DNA from: Eledone cirrhosa
Taxonomy: Eukaryota
DNA length: 64,000 nt
Assembly (NCBI GenBank): GCA_964016885.1
Contig: OZ024754.1
Coordinates: forward strand, 8,122,001-8,186,000
Direction of reading: 5' to 3'
The notes under the pieces are model-generated. The model had not been told where the DNA came from and ran no database searches. It saw nothing but the letters and a program-made list of their open reading frames with translations. Within the stretch, counting starts at the first letter, position 1; every line of letters starts with the position of its first letter. The translations under genes and the position numbers were made by a program. Shown here one piece after another: positions 29,712 to 41,754 of this stretch.

Positions 29712-29913
29712 TTTCTGATTTAGGAACAATGCCAACAATTTTGGGGGAGGGGAAAGTGGATTAAATCGACCCCAGTTCATTACTGGTACTTTATGTTATT
29801 GACCCCGTAAGGATGAAAGGCAAAGTTAACCTCGGCAGGATTTGAACTCAGAACGTAATGAGACGTAACTCTATGCTGCAAAGCATGTTGTCCGATGCTC
29901 TACCGAACATTAC
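29712..29913 (-). mobile_element. SINE copy (long-tail variant)
   Basis: Consensus match. Confidence 0.85.
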
Positions 29914-30014
29914 CACCATCAATGAAACAGTATCAGTATCACTACTAACATCACTACCAAACAGCAATACCATCATCATCAGCAGCATCAACATCATTAA
30001 CACTAGCATCAACA

Positions 30015-30635
30015 CATGATCCGTATAGCTTTTATCACCGGTCTGTGGTTGTTTATAATTTACCTAGGGTTAAACAACGACGACAACATCAGCACCATCG
30101 TTATAATCACATGGTGTATCTATGAGGCCTGACCGAGGGCTAAAAATCAACATGAACACATGTTATGTATATAATTGATCATTCATCTCTGTCCTACCAG
30201 GTTTGGCCTAGGGCTAAATAATCAAACCACATGCATGGTATATTTTACTTATAACCCGGGCTAACCTAGGGTTAAACAACAACAACAACAGCATGGTATA
30301 TCCTTCTCTATAGATCTGTCCACAACCAAGACTGTCCTAGGGCTAAACAACAACAGCATGGTATATATTTCCTTATAAATCTGTCCACAACCAGGACTGT
30401 CCTAGGGCTAAACAACAACAGCATGGTATATATTTCCTTATAAATCTGTCCACAACCAGGACTGTCCTAGGGCTAAACAACAACAACAACAATAACATGG
30501 TATACCTTTCCCTATAGATCCCTGCACAACCAGGGTTAACCTCGGGTTCACAATGACATCAACAACATCAATACCTTTCTGGTATATCTTCGTTCCTAGG
30601 TCTCTGCTCGATTACAGCTGACCTAGGGCTAAAAA
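30015..30635 (+). repeat. Diverged about 62-bp tandem array derived from a retroposon 3' tail
   Basis: Units catggtata..tctgtccac..ccagg..cctagggctaaacaacaac. Confidence 0.75.
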
Positions 30636-30667
30636 ACTTGTTCAACAAACGATAAGGAAGACCTTAT

Positions 30668-30792
30668 GGTCGGACGCCATGCTAGGGTGGTGGATTGGCA
30701 GTATCGGTAGAGGGTCGGACGCCATGCTAGGGTGGTGGATTGGCAGTATCGGTAGAGGGTCGGACGCCATGCTAGGGTGGTGGATTGGCAGT
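30668..30792 (+). repeat. Tandem 45-bp SINE heads without body
   Basis: gggtggtggattggcagtatcggtagagggtcggacgccatgcta, about 3 copies. Confidence 0.85.
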
Positions 30793-30972
30793 AGAAATAA
30801 CAGAAATAACAGCTAAAACGTCTCTAGAAATCACACTATTCTCTTTTTTCTTTTAATGTGTAAGACACTTTATATAATAAGCTGTTTAAATTAAAGACGG
30901 GATAGTCATGGATAGAAGGCCTTTATATGCGAGTCTATCCGATTATGGCTGACCTTGGGCTAAATAATAATA

Positions 30973-31415
30973 ATTGTTTCCATATTTGGCATAAGGCCAA
31001 CAATTGGCAGGGAATGGGAGGCTGGGGATTAAATCTACCTCAGTGCATTACTGGTACTTTATTTTATCAACCCTGTTAGGGATAAAAAGCAGTGTTAACC
31101 TCGGTAGGATTTGAACTCAGTGGGATTTGAACTCAGAGAGACGAATGACATACCGCAAGGAGTGTCACTTGACCCTCTAATAATTCGGCCAATCCATCTA
31201 ATAATAATAATAATAATAATTGTTTGGCACAAGGCCAGCAATTACCCCAGTGCATTACTGGTACTTTATTTTATCGACCCCGTAAGGATGAAAGGCAAAG
31301 TTAACCTCGGCGGGATTTGAACTCAGTAATATTGGTTTCTTATATAGGCACAACGCCAGTAATTCCGAGGGAGGGGAAAGTCGATTAAATCGAACACCAG
31401 CGCGTGACTGGTACT
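30973..31415 (-). mobile_element. Cluster of 3 SINE copies or fragments
   Basis: Consensus match. Confidence 0.8.
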
Positions 31416-31550
31416 AATGATAATAAATGTGTCTTTATTGGCCACAAGGGCCTACATATAGGGGACAATACAATAGTCAAGGACAGTGGGGTGGGGGTTA
31501 CAATAAAATCGGGTAATATATAAATATATATATATATATATACATGTGTG

Positions 31551-31582
<32 letters not shown>

Positions 31583-31697
31583 CATGTGTGTATATGTATA
31601 TATATATATATGTGTGTGTGTATATATGTGTGTGTGTATATATATGTGTTTGCATATGTGTGTGTGTATATATATGTGTGTGTATATGTGTGTGTGC

Positions 31698-31729
<32 letters not shown>

Positions 31730-31878
31730 ATATATGCGTGTGTATGTGTGTGCATATATATATGTGGGTGTGTGTATATATATATATATATGTGTGTGTG
31801 TGCATATATATACGTGTGTGTGTGTGTATATATATGTGTGTGTGTATATATATGTGTGTGTGTGTGTGTGCATATATA

Positions 31879-31929
<51 letters not shown>

Positions 31930-31995
31930 AAAAGGCAATCGACACAATACAATAAAAATTATATTAGTTTTACTTTTGAATATATATATATATAA

Positions 31996-32029
<34 letters not shown>

Positions 32030-32039
32030 TAAATTAAAT

Positions 32040-32250
32040 TAATAAAAACAATGAATAAAAACAAAGAACAAGTTCCTTATATTAAAAAAATTCATCATTT
32101 TACGATCGTTTCTAGGATATATATGTGTGTGTTGGTATGTATATCATATAGATCTATGTAAAAATATTACAACCTATCTGTTCATGATATTTGGATTACA
32201 TTGAGTTATTCATACGGATTGGACACTACCGTATATTTGGCTAGATTTAT
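32040..32250. mobile_element. PLE pLTR-like fragment related to 45313-45854
   Basis: Shared aatgaataaaa..acgatcgtttctagga..agatctatgta, and the inverse of tacggtagtgtccaatccgtatgaa. Confidence 0.65.
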
Positions 32251-32387
32251 CTCTCTCTATATATATATATATGTCTCTACTTTTAGAATACTATGGAATA
32301 CTGTTAGCTTCTTGCTACAATACTTTCTATACCTTTAATATATATATATATAACGGCTTGAGCTCAGCCGTCGGGGTCTTACTGGTT

Positions 32388-32420
<33 letters not shown>

Positions 32421-32424
<4 letters not shown>

Positions 32425-32620
32425 CGAAGGAAATGTGGTAAGGAACCAGGTGGACCATAACGCACCAAAGTACTCAATACTTAGGGTAGTAGAGTGGGTA
32501 ATAGGAACGAGTAGGACCCCGACGGCTGAGCTCAAGCCGTTTCGACGGCTAATTCTGGACTCAAAGTCCAGAATTTGCCGTCGAAACGGCTTGAGCTCAG
32601 CCGTTGGGGTTCTACTCGTT

Positions 32621-32625
<5 letters not shown>
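32421..32625. mobile_element. pLTR-like short element ending in a palindrome (32501-32625)
   Basis: Same family at 32352-32391, 40534-40693 and 46659-46845; each flanked by (TA)n. Confidence 0.8.
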
Positions 32626-32659
<34 letters not shown>

Positions 32660-32683
32660 GGGGAGGTATATGTGTGTGTATAC

Positions 32684-32733
<50 letters not shown>

Positions 32734-32740
32734 TTATAAT

Positions 32741-33130
32741 AATTGTTTCTACGTTTGGCACAAGGCCAGCAATTACCCAGTGTATTACTGGTATTTTATT
32801 TTATCGACTCTGTAAGGATGAAAGGCAAACTTAACCTCGGCGGAATTTGAACTCAGAATGGCAAGGGCCGTAACTCTATGCGTCAAAGCATGGCGTCCGC
32901 CCCTCTACCGATACTGCCAATCTACAATGATGATTTCTAATATAGCCATAAGGCCAGCAATTTTAGGGGAGGGGAAAGTCGATTAAATCGACCCCAGTGT
33001 GTGACTGGTACTTTATTTTATTGACCTCGTATAGATATAAGGCAAAGTTAGCCTCGGCGGGATTTGAACTCAGAACGTAAAGAGATGTAACTCTATGCTA
33101 CAAAGCATGTTGTCCAACGCTCTACCGATT
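32741..33130 (-). mobile_element. Two tandem SINE copies (short and long variants)
   Basis: Consensus match. Confidence 0.88.
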
Positions 33131-33982
33131 CCGCCTCAACCACTGCCACATCAATTACTGTGCCTCTCCACCACCACTACTACTACCACTACCACTACTA
33201 CTACTACTGCTTTCCTTGTTGATTATGTTGATGATGATGATGTTGTTGATTACACTAAGTTTAGCTGTATTCTTTCTTACACCCACTCCCTTTCGCTCTC
33301 TCTCTCTCTCACTCTCTCTCACATACACTCACTCTCTCTCTCTCGCACACACACACACACCCACACTCTCTCTCTCTCTCTCTTTCTCTCTCTTCCTCAA
33401 TTTCTCTGTATCTCATTTCCTCTTATACACTCTACGAGTTCTATCTTTTTTTTTCCACTCTCTCTCACCCTCTCTCATCCATCCTCTCTCTCACGCATCC
33501 TCTCTCTCTCACCCATCCTCTCTCTCTCCCATCCCCTCTCTCACCCATTTTATCTCTCTCTCACCAATCCCCTCTCTCTCACCAATCCCCTCTCACCCAT
33601 CCTCTCTCTCTCTCACTCATCCTCTCTCTCTCTCTCTCTCTCTCACTATTGTCCGTCATAATCAAATATGGTGGTATACACGATTGAATTACTGGTACTG
33701 ATGGGGAGGGGAAAAACAAGTACAATAAACGTAATAGGAACTGCGAAACACGAGAGTGTGTGTGGGAGGGGGGCTGTAACCAGACACACTAATGAATTAC
33801 TGCAGTTATTTACTGGTTTACCAGACACGCCTAGCTTGGTGTATAACTGTTTAATGTGCGGAAACAGTAGAACATGTGCTGTACCTGATATGGTTGATCT
33901 TCCGTCGGTTTCAACGATGAGTATTCAGCTTTTCGATCAACTGAAAGTCTGGACATACTTTCTGTATTCCACAAACACGTCT

Positions 33983-34655
33983 ACTTCCTCGTCTTCTTCC
34001 TCTTCCTCTTCCTCTTCCTCTTCTTCTTCCTCTTCTTCTTCTTCCCCTTCTTCTTCCTCTTCTTCTTCCTCTTCGTCTTCTTCGCCTTCTTCTTCGCCGC
34101 CTTCTTCTTCTTCGCCGCCTTCTTCTTCTTCGCCGCCTTCGCCTTCTTCGCCTTTTTCTTCTTCGTCGTCTTTTTCGTCGTCTTTTTCGTCGTCTTTTTT
34201 GTCGTCTTTTTCGTCGTCTTTTCCGTCGTCTTTTCCGTCGTCTTTTTCGTCGTCTTTTTCGTCGTCTTTTTCGTCGTCTTTTTCGTCGTCTTTTTCGTCG
34301 TCTTTTTCGTCGTCTTCTTCGTCTTCTTCTTCGTCTTCTTCTTCTTCGTCTTCTTCGTCTTCGTCTTCTTCTTTGCCTTCTTCTTTGCCTTCTTCTTTGC
34401 CTTCTTCTTTGCCTTCTTCTTTGCCTTCTTCTTTGCCTTCTTCTTTGCCTTCTTCTTTGCCTTCTTCTTTGCCTTCTTCTTTGCCTTCTTCTTTGCCTTC
34501 TTCTTTGCCTTCTTCTTTGCCTTCTTCTTCGCCTTCTTCTTCGCCTTCGCCTTCTTCGCCTTCGCCTTCTTCGCCTTCGCCTTCGCCTTCTTCGCCTTCT
34601 TCGTCTTCTTCGCCTTCGTCTTCTTCGCCTTCGTCTTCTTCGCCTTCGTCTTGCT
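33983..34655. repeat. (TCT/TCG/CCT) trinucleotide and 12-bp arrays
   Basis: tcgtcgtctttt and ttgccttcttct units. Confidence 0.95.
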
Positions 34656-34865
34656 CTTGCTCGATGAGACCGGGGGTCATCCTAAGCCAGCGATCCCAAA
34701 GCATCGACGTACGTAGTTGCCGACCAGGTCTACAGAGCGCCCTCCATCGCTGGGTGCCCCTTTGCCAGCTCTTCTACATCATCCAAGGTGATGCTGGGCC
34801 TCCTGAGATCTTCCTTGATAATATCCAGTCATTTGGTGCGGGGTCTCCTCAACAATGGTACCCAT
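34655..34865 (-). mobile_element. 5'-truncated RTE-clade LINE 3' end
   Basis: Minus translation RRPRTK*LDIIKEDLRRPSITLDDVEELAK resembles the RTE C-terminal GRP..RW.D.I..DL...LA motif. Confidence 0.65.
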
Positions 34866-36010
34866 AATATAATTGTCAGGCAAGGTTGGACCTTTCAAGT
34901 ACTGCTACTATCCATCCGATGGGCTTCCACACAGTTTCTGTCTACCCTATTTCACTCACAAGATCTGGGTCGATATGCGCGTGACTATAGTAAAGAGACT
35001 TGCTCAAGAAGTCGACCCATGTACTTCATGATTGCGAAGCGAATTTCTTAACCACTCTGCCATATCCCTATACCTTAATTGTCTTAATAGAACATCTAGT
35101 GTGACTGTGAGTTCTTCACACATCCACAGATGCAAAACCTGAGGCACATCATCAGTGTTGCATTCTGGAGTCACAGAGTGTATCGGCTCTTACAACATAC
35201 GCCCTCATCCAGGTGACCCAATCGAGGTTGAACAACCCTCAACCTGTGTCCAAGTAGCACACATACTACTGGTCCTACTGGTCACTTTTCTTCAGCCTTA
35301 GCCATCTAGATGCCTTTTCTGCCCATTTCACCTTATTTGTTATACCTCTACTCCTGCTTGCTCTCTGTAATACTTTCCTCGTTGTACATGTACGGAGTTT
35401 GATAATTTATTTTATCATTCAGTCAAGACGAAAGGGGCAATGAGTTTAACATTTTCAGGGCCTATGAGACAAGTAGGAAGTGGAGAGAAGATTATCCCCC
35501 AAATTGGAAGCCATGTTAGAATGTTTGCAACAAAAGTAACTGCGCTAAATGCACCTAAGAACAAACTAGTGCTGTTAAACCGTTTGTCGATTAAGCTACC
35601 ACATAAGTTGGCCACAGTCGGGTTATTACGCAAAGAACCGAAACAAATTACACACCGTCGATGTTTTAGCTATTCTGCCATTCCATCACCCTAGACAAGT
35701 ACTTTCTACCCCCACAAGGATGAAAGGTAAAGTCGACTTTAATGGGGTTTTTGAACTCAGGGCGCATAACGTTGGAATAAATGCCGCAAATCATTATATC
35801 CAACGTTCTAATGACTCTTTCAGTTCCCCACCTATGATTATTACAGTGAACCGCTAAAAATGTGGACTAACCACCGCAAGGCAGTATTGTTCTGAGTCAC
35901 CATTCGTTACCTTCTGATTTCAAATCGCACAGAAGTTAACTGCCTTTTACGGCCGATAAAAATAAACATATTACCACTCTAGTACTGGGGTTCATTTCTC
36001 TTCTGTATCT

Positions 36011-36154
36011 CTGAGTTCAAATCCCGCCGAAGTTAACTTTGCCTTTCATCCTTACGGGGTCGATAAAATAAAGTACCAGTAATGCACTGGGGTCAGTTTA
36101 GTCGACTTTCTCCTTCCCTTAAAATTGCTGGCCTTGTGCCAAATGTAGAAATAA
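36011..36154 (+). mobile_element. SINE copy (long-tail variant, 5'-truncated)
   Basis: Consensus match. Confidence 0.85.
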
Positions 36155-36768
36155 TTATATTATAACCACTGCGCTCGATCAAATCATTGTAAATTAAGAT
36201 CTGGAGACGGAAACTACGTGGATGACCGTTAAAGAAAATTTTCTGTTTTAAGCGTCGCACGCCACCTGGTGGTGTTTGGGTGTATCTAGAAGTGTCTACT
36301 CCGTTGCAAGCATTTAAACATAGGTCCAATTTGAAAGCATCTTGATAACTTGATATATTGATTCACACTGCAGTAACCATATGTTGTGATTTCGTCTTCA
36401 CATTACTTCTTCCCCTCCCACCAATCTCAGAGACCCTGATAAAAAGGGGTCATGGCTGCTGTCCCTTCCTCTTCTGATTAAAATGTGTCGTCGTTTTGGG
36501 GGGTTTTTTTAAGTACTACAATTGATTAAATCATAAGCCCACCCACAAACATATTGCTTTAGGCCTCCTGCCAAAAATAGATATCTATATTAAGAATTTA
36601 TTTATACAGAACGAAGGCCATGTGCTGCAGTGCACTGTTGTATTACAACCTATGTAAGAAGTGGACAGGTTCAATGCTAGCGCAGGAAACCACTCTTTGT
36701 TTTACTATAAATTACTTGTTTTAAAGTGTTTATATTTATCTAAAAATTTACCATCATATATTTATATA

Positions 36769-37160
36769 AATGTTTCTGCTTTTGGCACCAGGCCAGCTAT
36801 TATCCCAGTGCATTACTGGTACTTTATTTTATCGAACCCGTAAGGATGAAAGGCAAAGTTAACCTCGGCGGGATTTGAACTCAGACCATAAAGGGCCGTA
36901 ACTCTTTGCTCAAAGCATGGCGTCCGACCCTCTACTGATACTACCAATCCACCACACTTCATCATATATTTATATAATTGTTTCTACTTTAGGCACAAGG
37001 CCAGCAATTACCCAGTGCATTACTGGTTCTTTATTTTATCGACCACGTAAGGATGAAAGGCAAAGTCAACCTCGACGGTATTTGAACTCAGATCGTAAAG
37101 GGACGTAACTATGCTGGAAAGCATGGCGTCCGACCCTCTACCGATACTGCCAATCCACCA
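36769..37160 (-). mobile_element. Two tandem full-length SINE copies
   Basis: catcatatatttatataa occurs before, between and after the two copies. Confidence 0.9.
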
Positions 37161-37199
37161 CACTTCATCATATATTTATATAATAAACTTTTATAAGGC

Positions 37200-37515
37200 A
37201 TGCTTCAAACGCTTACCAGCGCGTCTCCCTCGTCTTCTTCTGGGGATTCCTGAGTATCACAGACGTGGCTTTTTAGTCCTGCTAGGGACTTGCCTATGGC
37301 CAGTCATGCCATGCATCGCCAAAAATGTCACATATCAAGCTATGTCTGTGTTTGAAGCTTTTTTAAGTGAGGAAGAGCTTTGCACGGGGTCAATCCCAAT
37401 TTCTGAAAATCGAATGCGTTTACCCAAAAAGAAGAACTGGTCTACATCATTGGATGCAAACAAAGTCGCAGGTTTTATATCAGAGTGACCTTCTCGCCAC
37501 ACAGTGACCTTCTCT

Positions 37516-37517
<2 letters not shown>
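37200..37517 (-). mobile_element. RTE 5'UTR-like fragment
   Basis: gagaaggtcactctgatataaaacctgcg..cttcctcacttaaaaaa is homologous to the bipartite element at 47015-47298. Confidence 0.55.
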
Positions 37518-37574
<57 letters not shown>

Positions 37575-38105
37575 AAACTTCGTTTAAGATTGAAACCACC
37601 TCATTTGAGAGATATTTTATTTTTTATTTCTCTATTTATTTTACTTTGCGGAAAACATAGACCCTACCATTATATGTGGTCTAAATGCCTGTTAGAAATA
37701 GCAGGCAAATCATGCCCAAATCATATATATATAAGGAACAGTAGATATTCGATAATGTAGTGTTAGACAGCCTTAAAAACATATGGGATAGTCATGGCTG
37801 CGATTTCTTTTATGTGTGGTCTCTCTCTCTCTTTCTTTCTCTCTCGCTCACTTTTTCTTTCTCTCTCTCTTTCTCTGTCTCTCTCTCTCTCTCTCCTTCT
37901 CCCGGTAGACTAAAACAAAACAACAAATCAACGACAGCCACAACACCAACACGAAGGATTCTTTTTATATATATGTGTGTGTGTGTGTGTGAGTGTGTTT
38001 GTGTGAGTGTGTTTGTGTGTGTTTGTGTAGATGCATATGCGTGTGTATGTGTGTGTGTAGCTGCATATGCAAGTGTGTGTGTGTGTGTAGCTGCATATGC
38101 AAGTG

Positions 38106-38230
<125 letters not shown>

Positions 38231-38399
38231 CTGGTTGCATCTGCAGGTGTGTGTAATTATACGGGAAAGTGTAATGTAGTGTGGTGACATATTGAAAACA
38301 GAGTAGTAGTAGCAACAACAACAACAACAACACCAACAACAACAGCCGCAACAAGAGCAACACCAACACCAACAGCAACAACAGCAGCAACAACAGCAA

Positions 38400-38431
<32 letters not shown>

Positions 38432-38534
38432 TTTCCCAATGCACTAGAGTCAGTTCTTTAATCAACTACCTACACCCCCGCCCCATTAAAAGGTGTGGCC
38501 GTTTGCCAATATAAACGTAAAAGAAAGATATCAT

Positions 38535-38875
38535 GATCATATCATCATCTTCATTATCATCACCACTATTATCATCATCACCATCACTACCACCACCACC
38601 ACCACCACCACCGCTATCACCACCATCTCCACCATGATCATCACCACCACCACCATTATCATCGTCACCACCACCACCATTATCATCATCACCACCACCA
38701 CCACCATTATCATCACCACCACCACCATTATCATCGTCACCACCACCACCATTATCACCACCACCACCACCACCATTATCATCATCATCACCACCACCAC
38801 CATCATCACCACCATTATCACCACCACCACCACCATCATCACCACCACCATTATCATCACCACCACCACCACCTT
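38535..38875. repeat. (CAC/CAT)n array
   Basis: Direct reading. Confidence 0.9.
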
Positions 38876-39572
38876 CTCCAGTATCCCCCCCAACACCACC
38901 ATCAGTCCAAAATCAATATTATTCAACACCACCGCCATAAAAGTGAATGTTCTGAAATATAAGAATTTCTTTTCCTTCTTTCAGTTGTTTTTTTCTTTGG
39001 AGTTTTGGATGCTTTTTTTTGTTTAGTTTTTTCAAAAAAGATAAAACTGATATTTGTCAAGTAAATTAAAATAGATTACATATTCCAGCACACACACACA
39101 CACACACGTACACACACACACACACACACATATATATACGTATACACACATACGTATACACACACACACAGAGGAACGATGGGGGTATCACAAGAGTTTA
39201 ATGTGTAATACATATATGTGTGTGTGTATATATATAAATCTATACAAACACACACACATGTGTGTATGCGTGTGTGTGTGTCTGTGTGTGTGTATCGGGT
39301 TCTCTAAATGTTTTTTTCAAAGAATCCCCATTCTTTAAATCCTTCGGCCAATGACCTCCTCCCATCCCACTAGAAAACGTATAAATACCACCATATCACA
39401 ATGACAGTTGGCTTTCCTGGTGATTTCCTTCGAATGAAACAGTTCTAGTCCTGTAGAAGCCATTTCTATATTATATATATATAAACTATAATAAAGTAAG
39501 GAGCGCGGGACTGTGTACGGTTTATAATTTGTTATCCCATTAGTAAAATAAGTTGGATTACTTTGAATAAAT

Positions 39573-39757
39573 AATTGTTTCTACTTTTGGCACAAGGCCA
39601 GTAATTACCCAGTACATTACTGGTACTTTATTTTATCGACCCCTGTAAGGATGAAAGGCAAAGTTAACCTTGGCGGGATTTGAACTCAGAATGGCAAGGG
39701 CCGTAACTCTATACGTCAAAGCATGGCGTCCGACCCTCTACCGATACTGCCAATCCA
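39573..39757 (-). mobile_element. SINE with TSD actttgaataaataat
   Basis: Consensus match; TSD at 39560 and 39757. Confidence 0.92.
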
Positions 39758-39948
39758 CTTTGAATAAATAATGAATGAATATTACATAATTTATCTACTA
39801 AATTTCGTGGCTGTTCATTAAATATATTTTGTTTATTTAAAGATTCACTTCTTTAAAATTTCTGAAATGTCAACACTTCCGGTGGCGATCGCTTGAATAA
39901 ACATACTAATTTTCTGTCACTAATTTTCTCCTAATGCAGTTTATATAT

Positions 39949-40129
39949 AATTGTTTCTACTTTAGGCACAAGGCCAGCAAATACCCAGTGCATTACTGGT
40001 ACTTTATTTTATCGATCCCGTAAGGATGAAAGGCAAAGTCAACCTCGGCGGGATTTGAACTCAGATCGTAAAGGGACGTAACTATGCTGGAAAGCATGGC
40101 GTCCGACCCTCTACTGATATTGCCAATCC
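39949..40129 (-). mobile_element. SINE copy
   Basis: Consensus match. Confidence 0.9.
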
Positions 40130-40339
40130 AATATCGTCTGTTTTTAATGTACCATGGATTACTTTACTGATTACATAAAACAGTGTAACACAGTCTTCGT
40201 TCAATTTCTGTGTATATTGTCAATTACGATTTTATTTGATCTATCATATCTACATGTATATCACGCTGACCGACCAGTCTGTCGGGCGCCGATCGGCGCC
40301 GCTGGTCACAGCACGTCGTGCTGTTTTAGCCGTAAGATA

Positions 40340-40507
40340 ACGCCATCCCAGTGACTGGGCGTGCAGACTGGTACTCATTTCTACAGCTGAGTAAACTGGA
40401 GCAACGTGAAATAGAGTGTCTTGCTCAAGGAAACAACACATCACCCGGTCCAAGAATTGAACTCACAACCTTTCGATTGTAAGCCCAATGCTCTAACCAC
40501 TAAGCTC
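40340..40507 (-). mobile_element. tRNA-headed CORE-type SINE
   Basis: Minus: agcttagtggttagagcattgg..gagttcaattc..ccttgagcaagacactctatttcacgttgctccag.. Confidence 0.75.
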
Positions 40508-40689
40508 GAAGGGTAGTTTTTCTGCTAGTTTATATAACGAAGGAGGTGTGGTAAGGAACCAGATGTACCATAACACACCAGAGTACTCAATACTCAGGGT
40601 AGTAGAGTGGGTAATAGGAAAATGTTTACCCCGACGATAGAAATAGCCGTCGAAACGGCTCGAGCTCTGCCGTCGGGGTTAAACATTTT

Positions 40690-40735
<46 letters not shown>

Positions 40736-40807
40736 TCGATACCCCATAATAGCCGATGGTAACTGCTTTTTCGGTTTTTAAGGGTCTTCACCCAATTTTA
40801 TAAGCTA

Positions 40808-41178
40808 CATACATACATACATACATACATACATGGTGGCTGCCCCCTCGTTATCGAGGATGGCCATTGATGATATACCATTATTAATAATTATTTATTA
40901 ATTCTATCGTGCGTGAAGATATTTTTTAAAGTGAAGAAAGACTGTGCACTGAGCCAATCCCACTCTCTGGGCGACAGTAGCTATAATCTGAGCGACAGTA
41001 GCTATAACCCGAAAAGAAAAGATCAACATCATTGGTAACTACTGAGCCGCAGGTTTTTATGTCGGAGTTATCTCAGTTTCCTGAGTTGCCTTCTCCTAGA
41101 AGAATGCCCTGACAAAGGCTAGGGGTCCTTCATTCCGAGTGGTTTAAACGCGCGATCAAGTGTCCAGCCCGACTATTT
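40808..41178 (-). mobile_element. Bipartite non-autonomous RTE-derived element
   Basis: ctaggagaaggcaactc 5'UTR-like motif plus 3' tail ctcgataacgagggggcagcca(tgta)n; second copy at 47015-47298 (+). Confidence 0.7.
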
Positions 41179-41710
41179 CATACATACATACATACATACA
41201 TACATGATGGCTGCCCCCTCGTTATCGAGTATGGCTATTGCCCGAAAAGAAAAAAAAAGAACACAGATATATACTAATAATTAACGGTGCTGTGATCGAA
41301 TGTGGCATTTAGCCCAGCCAATGATCTAAAATGTCTTGCACAGAGTTGGCATCCAAAACATTCACTGGCAGTAGCCGGTTGTGGTTGGACTTCATGTATT
41401 TTTGCATGTCGCTTGAGGCCTCCTGCTGATCTACATTCTCTACCACATGCTTGGCAGGTATGATGAGTAGCATCTCCAACAGCAGCCTGGTAGTCAACCA
41501 CTGGTCTCACTTTATAACTACGAAGATGATTTTTGAGTCTAGCTTTGCTGAGGCAGAGTTTTAAACAGACGTTGCATGTCAGCGCCATAGGAGGACCTTC
41601 GCTGTCTGGAAATATAACAGCAATGCCTTTCCTGACATCCCTTTTTTACTTTTTCGTATGCGATTCAAGATGCTTCAATAGCAACTTTCCTGTCATGTAC
41701 ATTCTTTCTC
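41179..41710 (-). mobile_element. 5'-truncated RTE-like LINE 3' end with C2H2-like zinc fingers
   Basis: ORF 41274-41588: CNVCLKLCLSKARLKNH, CQACGRECRSAGGLKRHAKIH, CQLCARHFRSLAGL; followed by the same 3' tail and (TGTA)n. Confidence 0.75.
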
Positions 41711-41754
41711 TATCATACATACATACATACATACATACATACATACATACATAC

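Noticed and set aside
33881-33958. Hammerhead-like ctgatat..gatcaact gaaa gtctggac
   Set aside because: Core and U16.1 are wrong; the segment matches the old SINE body also seen at 12529 (gatctt..gtcggtttcaacga)
37200-37490. RTE ORF2-like translation (PVLLFG)
   Set aside because: Multiple stops; DNA homology to the bipartite element's 5' part explains it better as UTR
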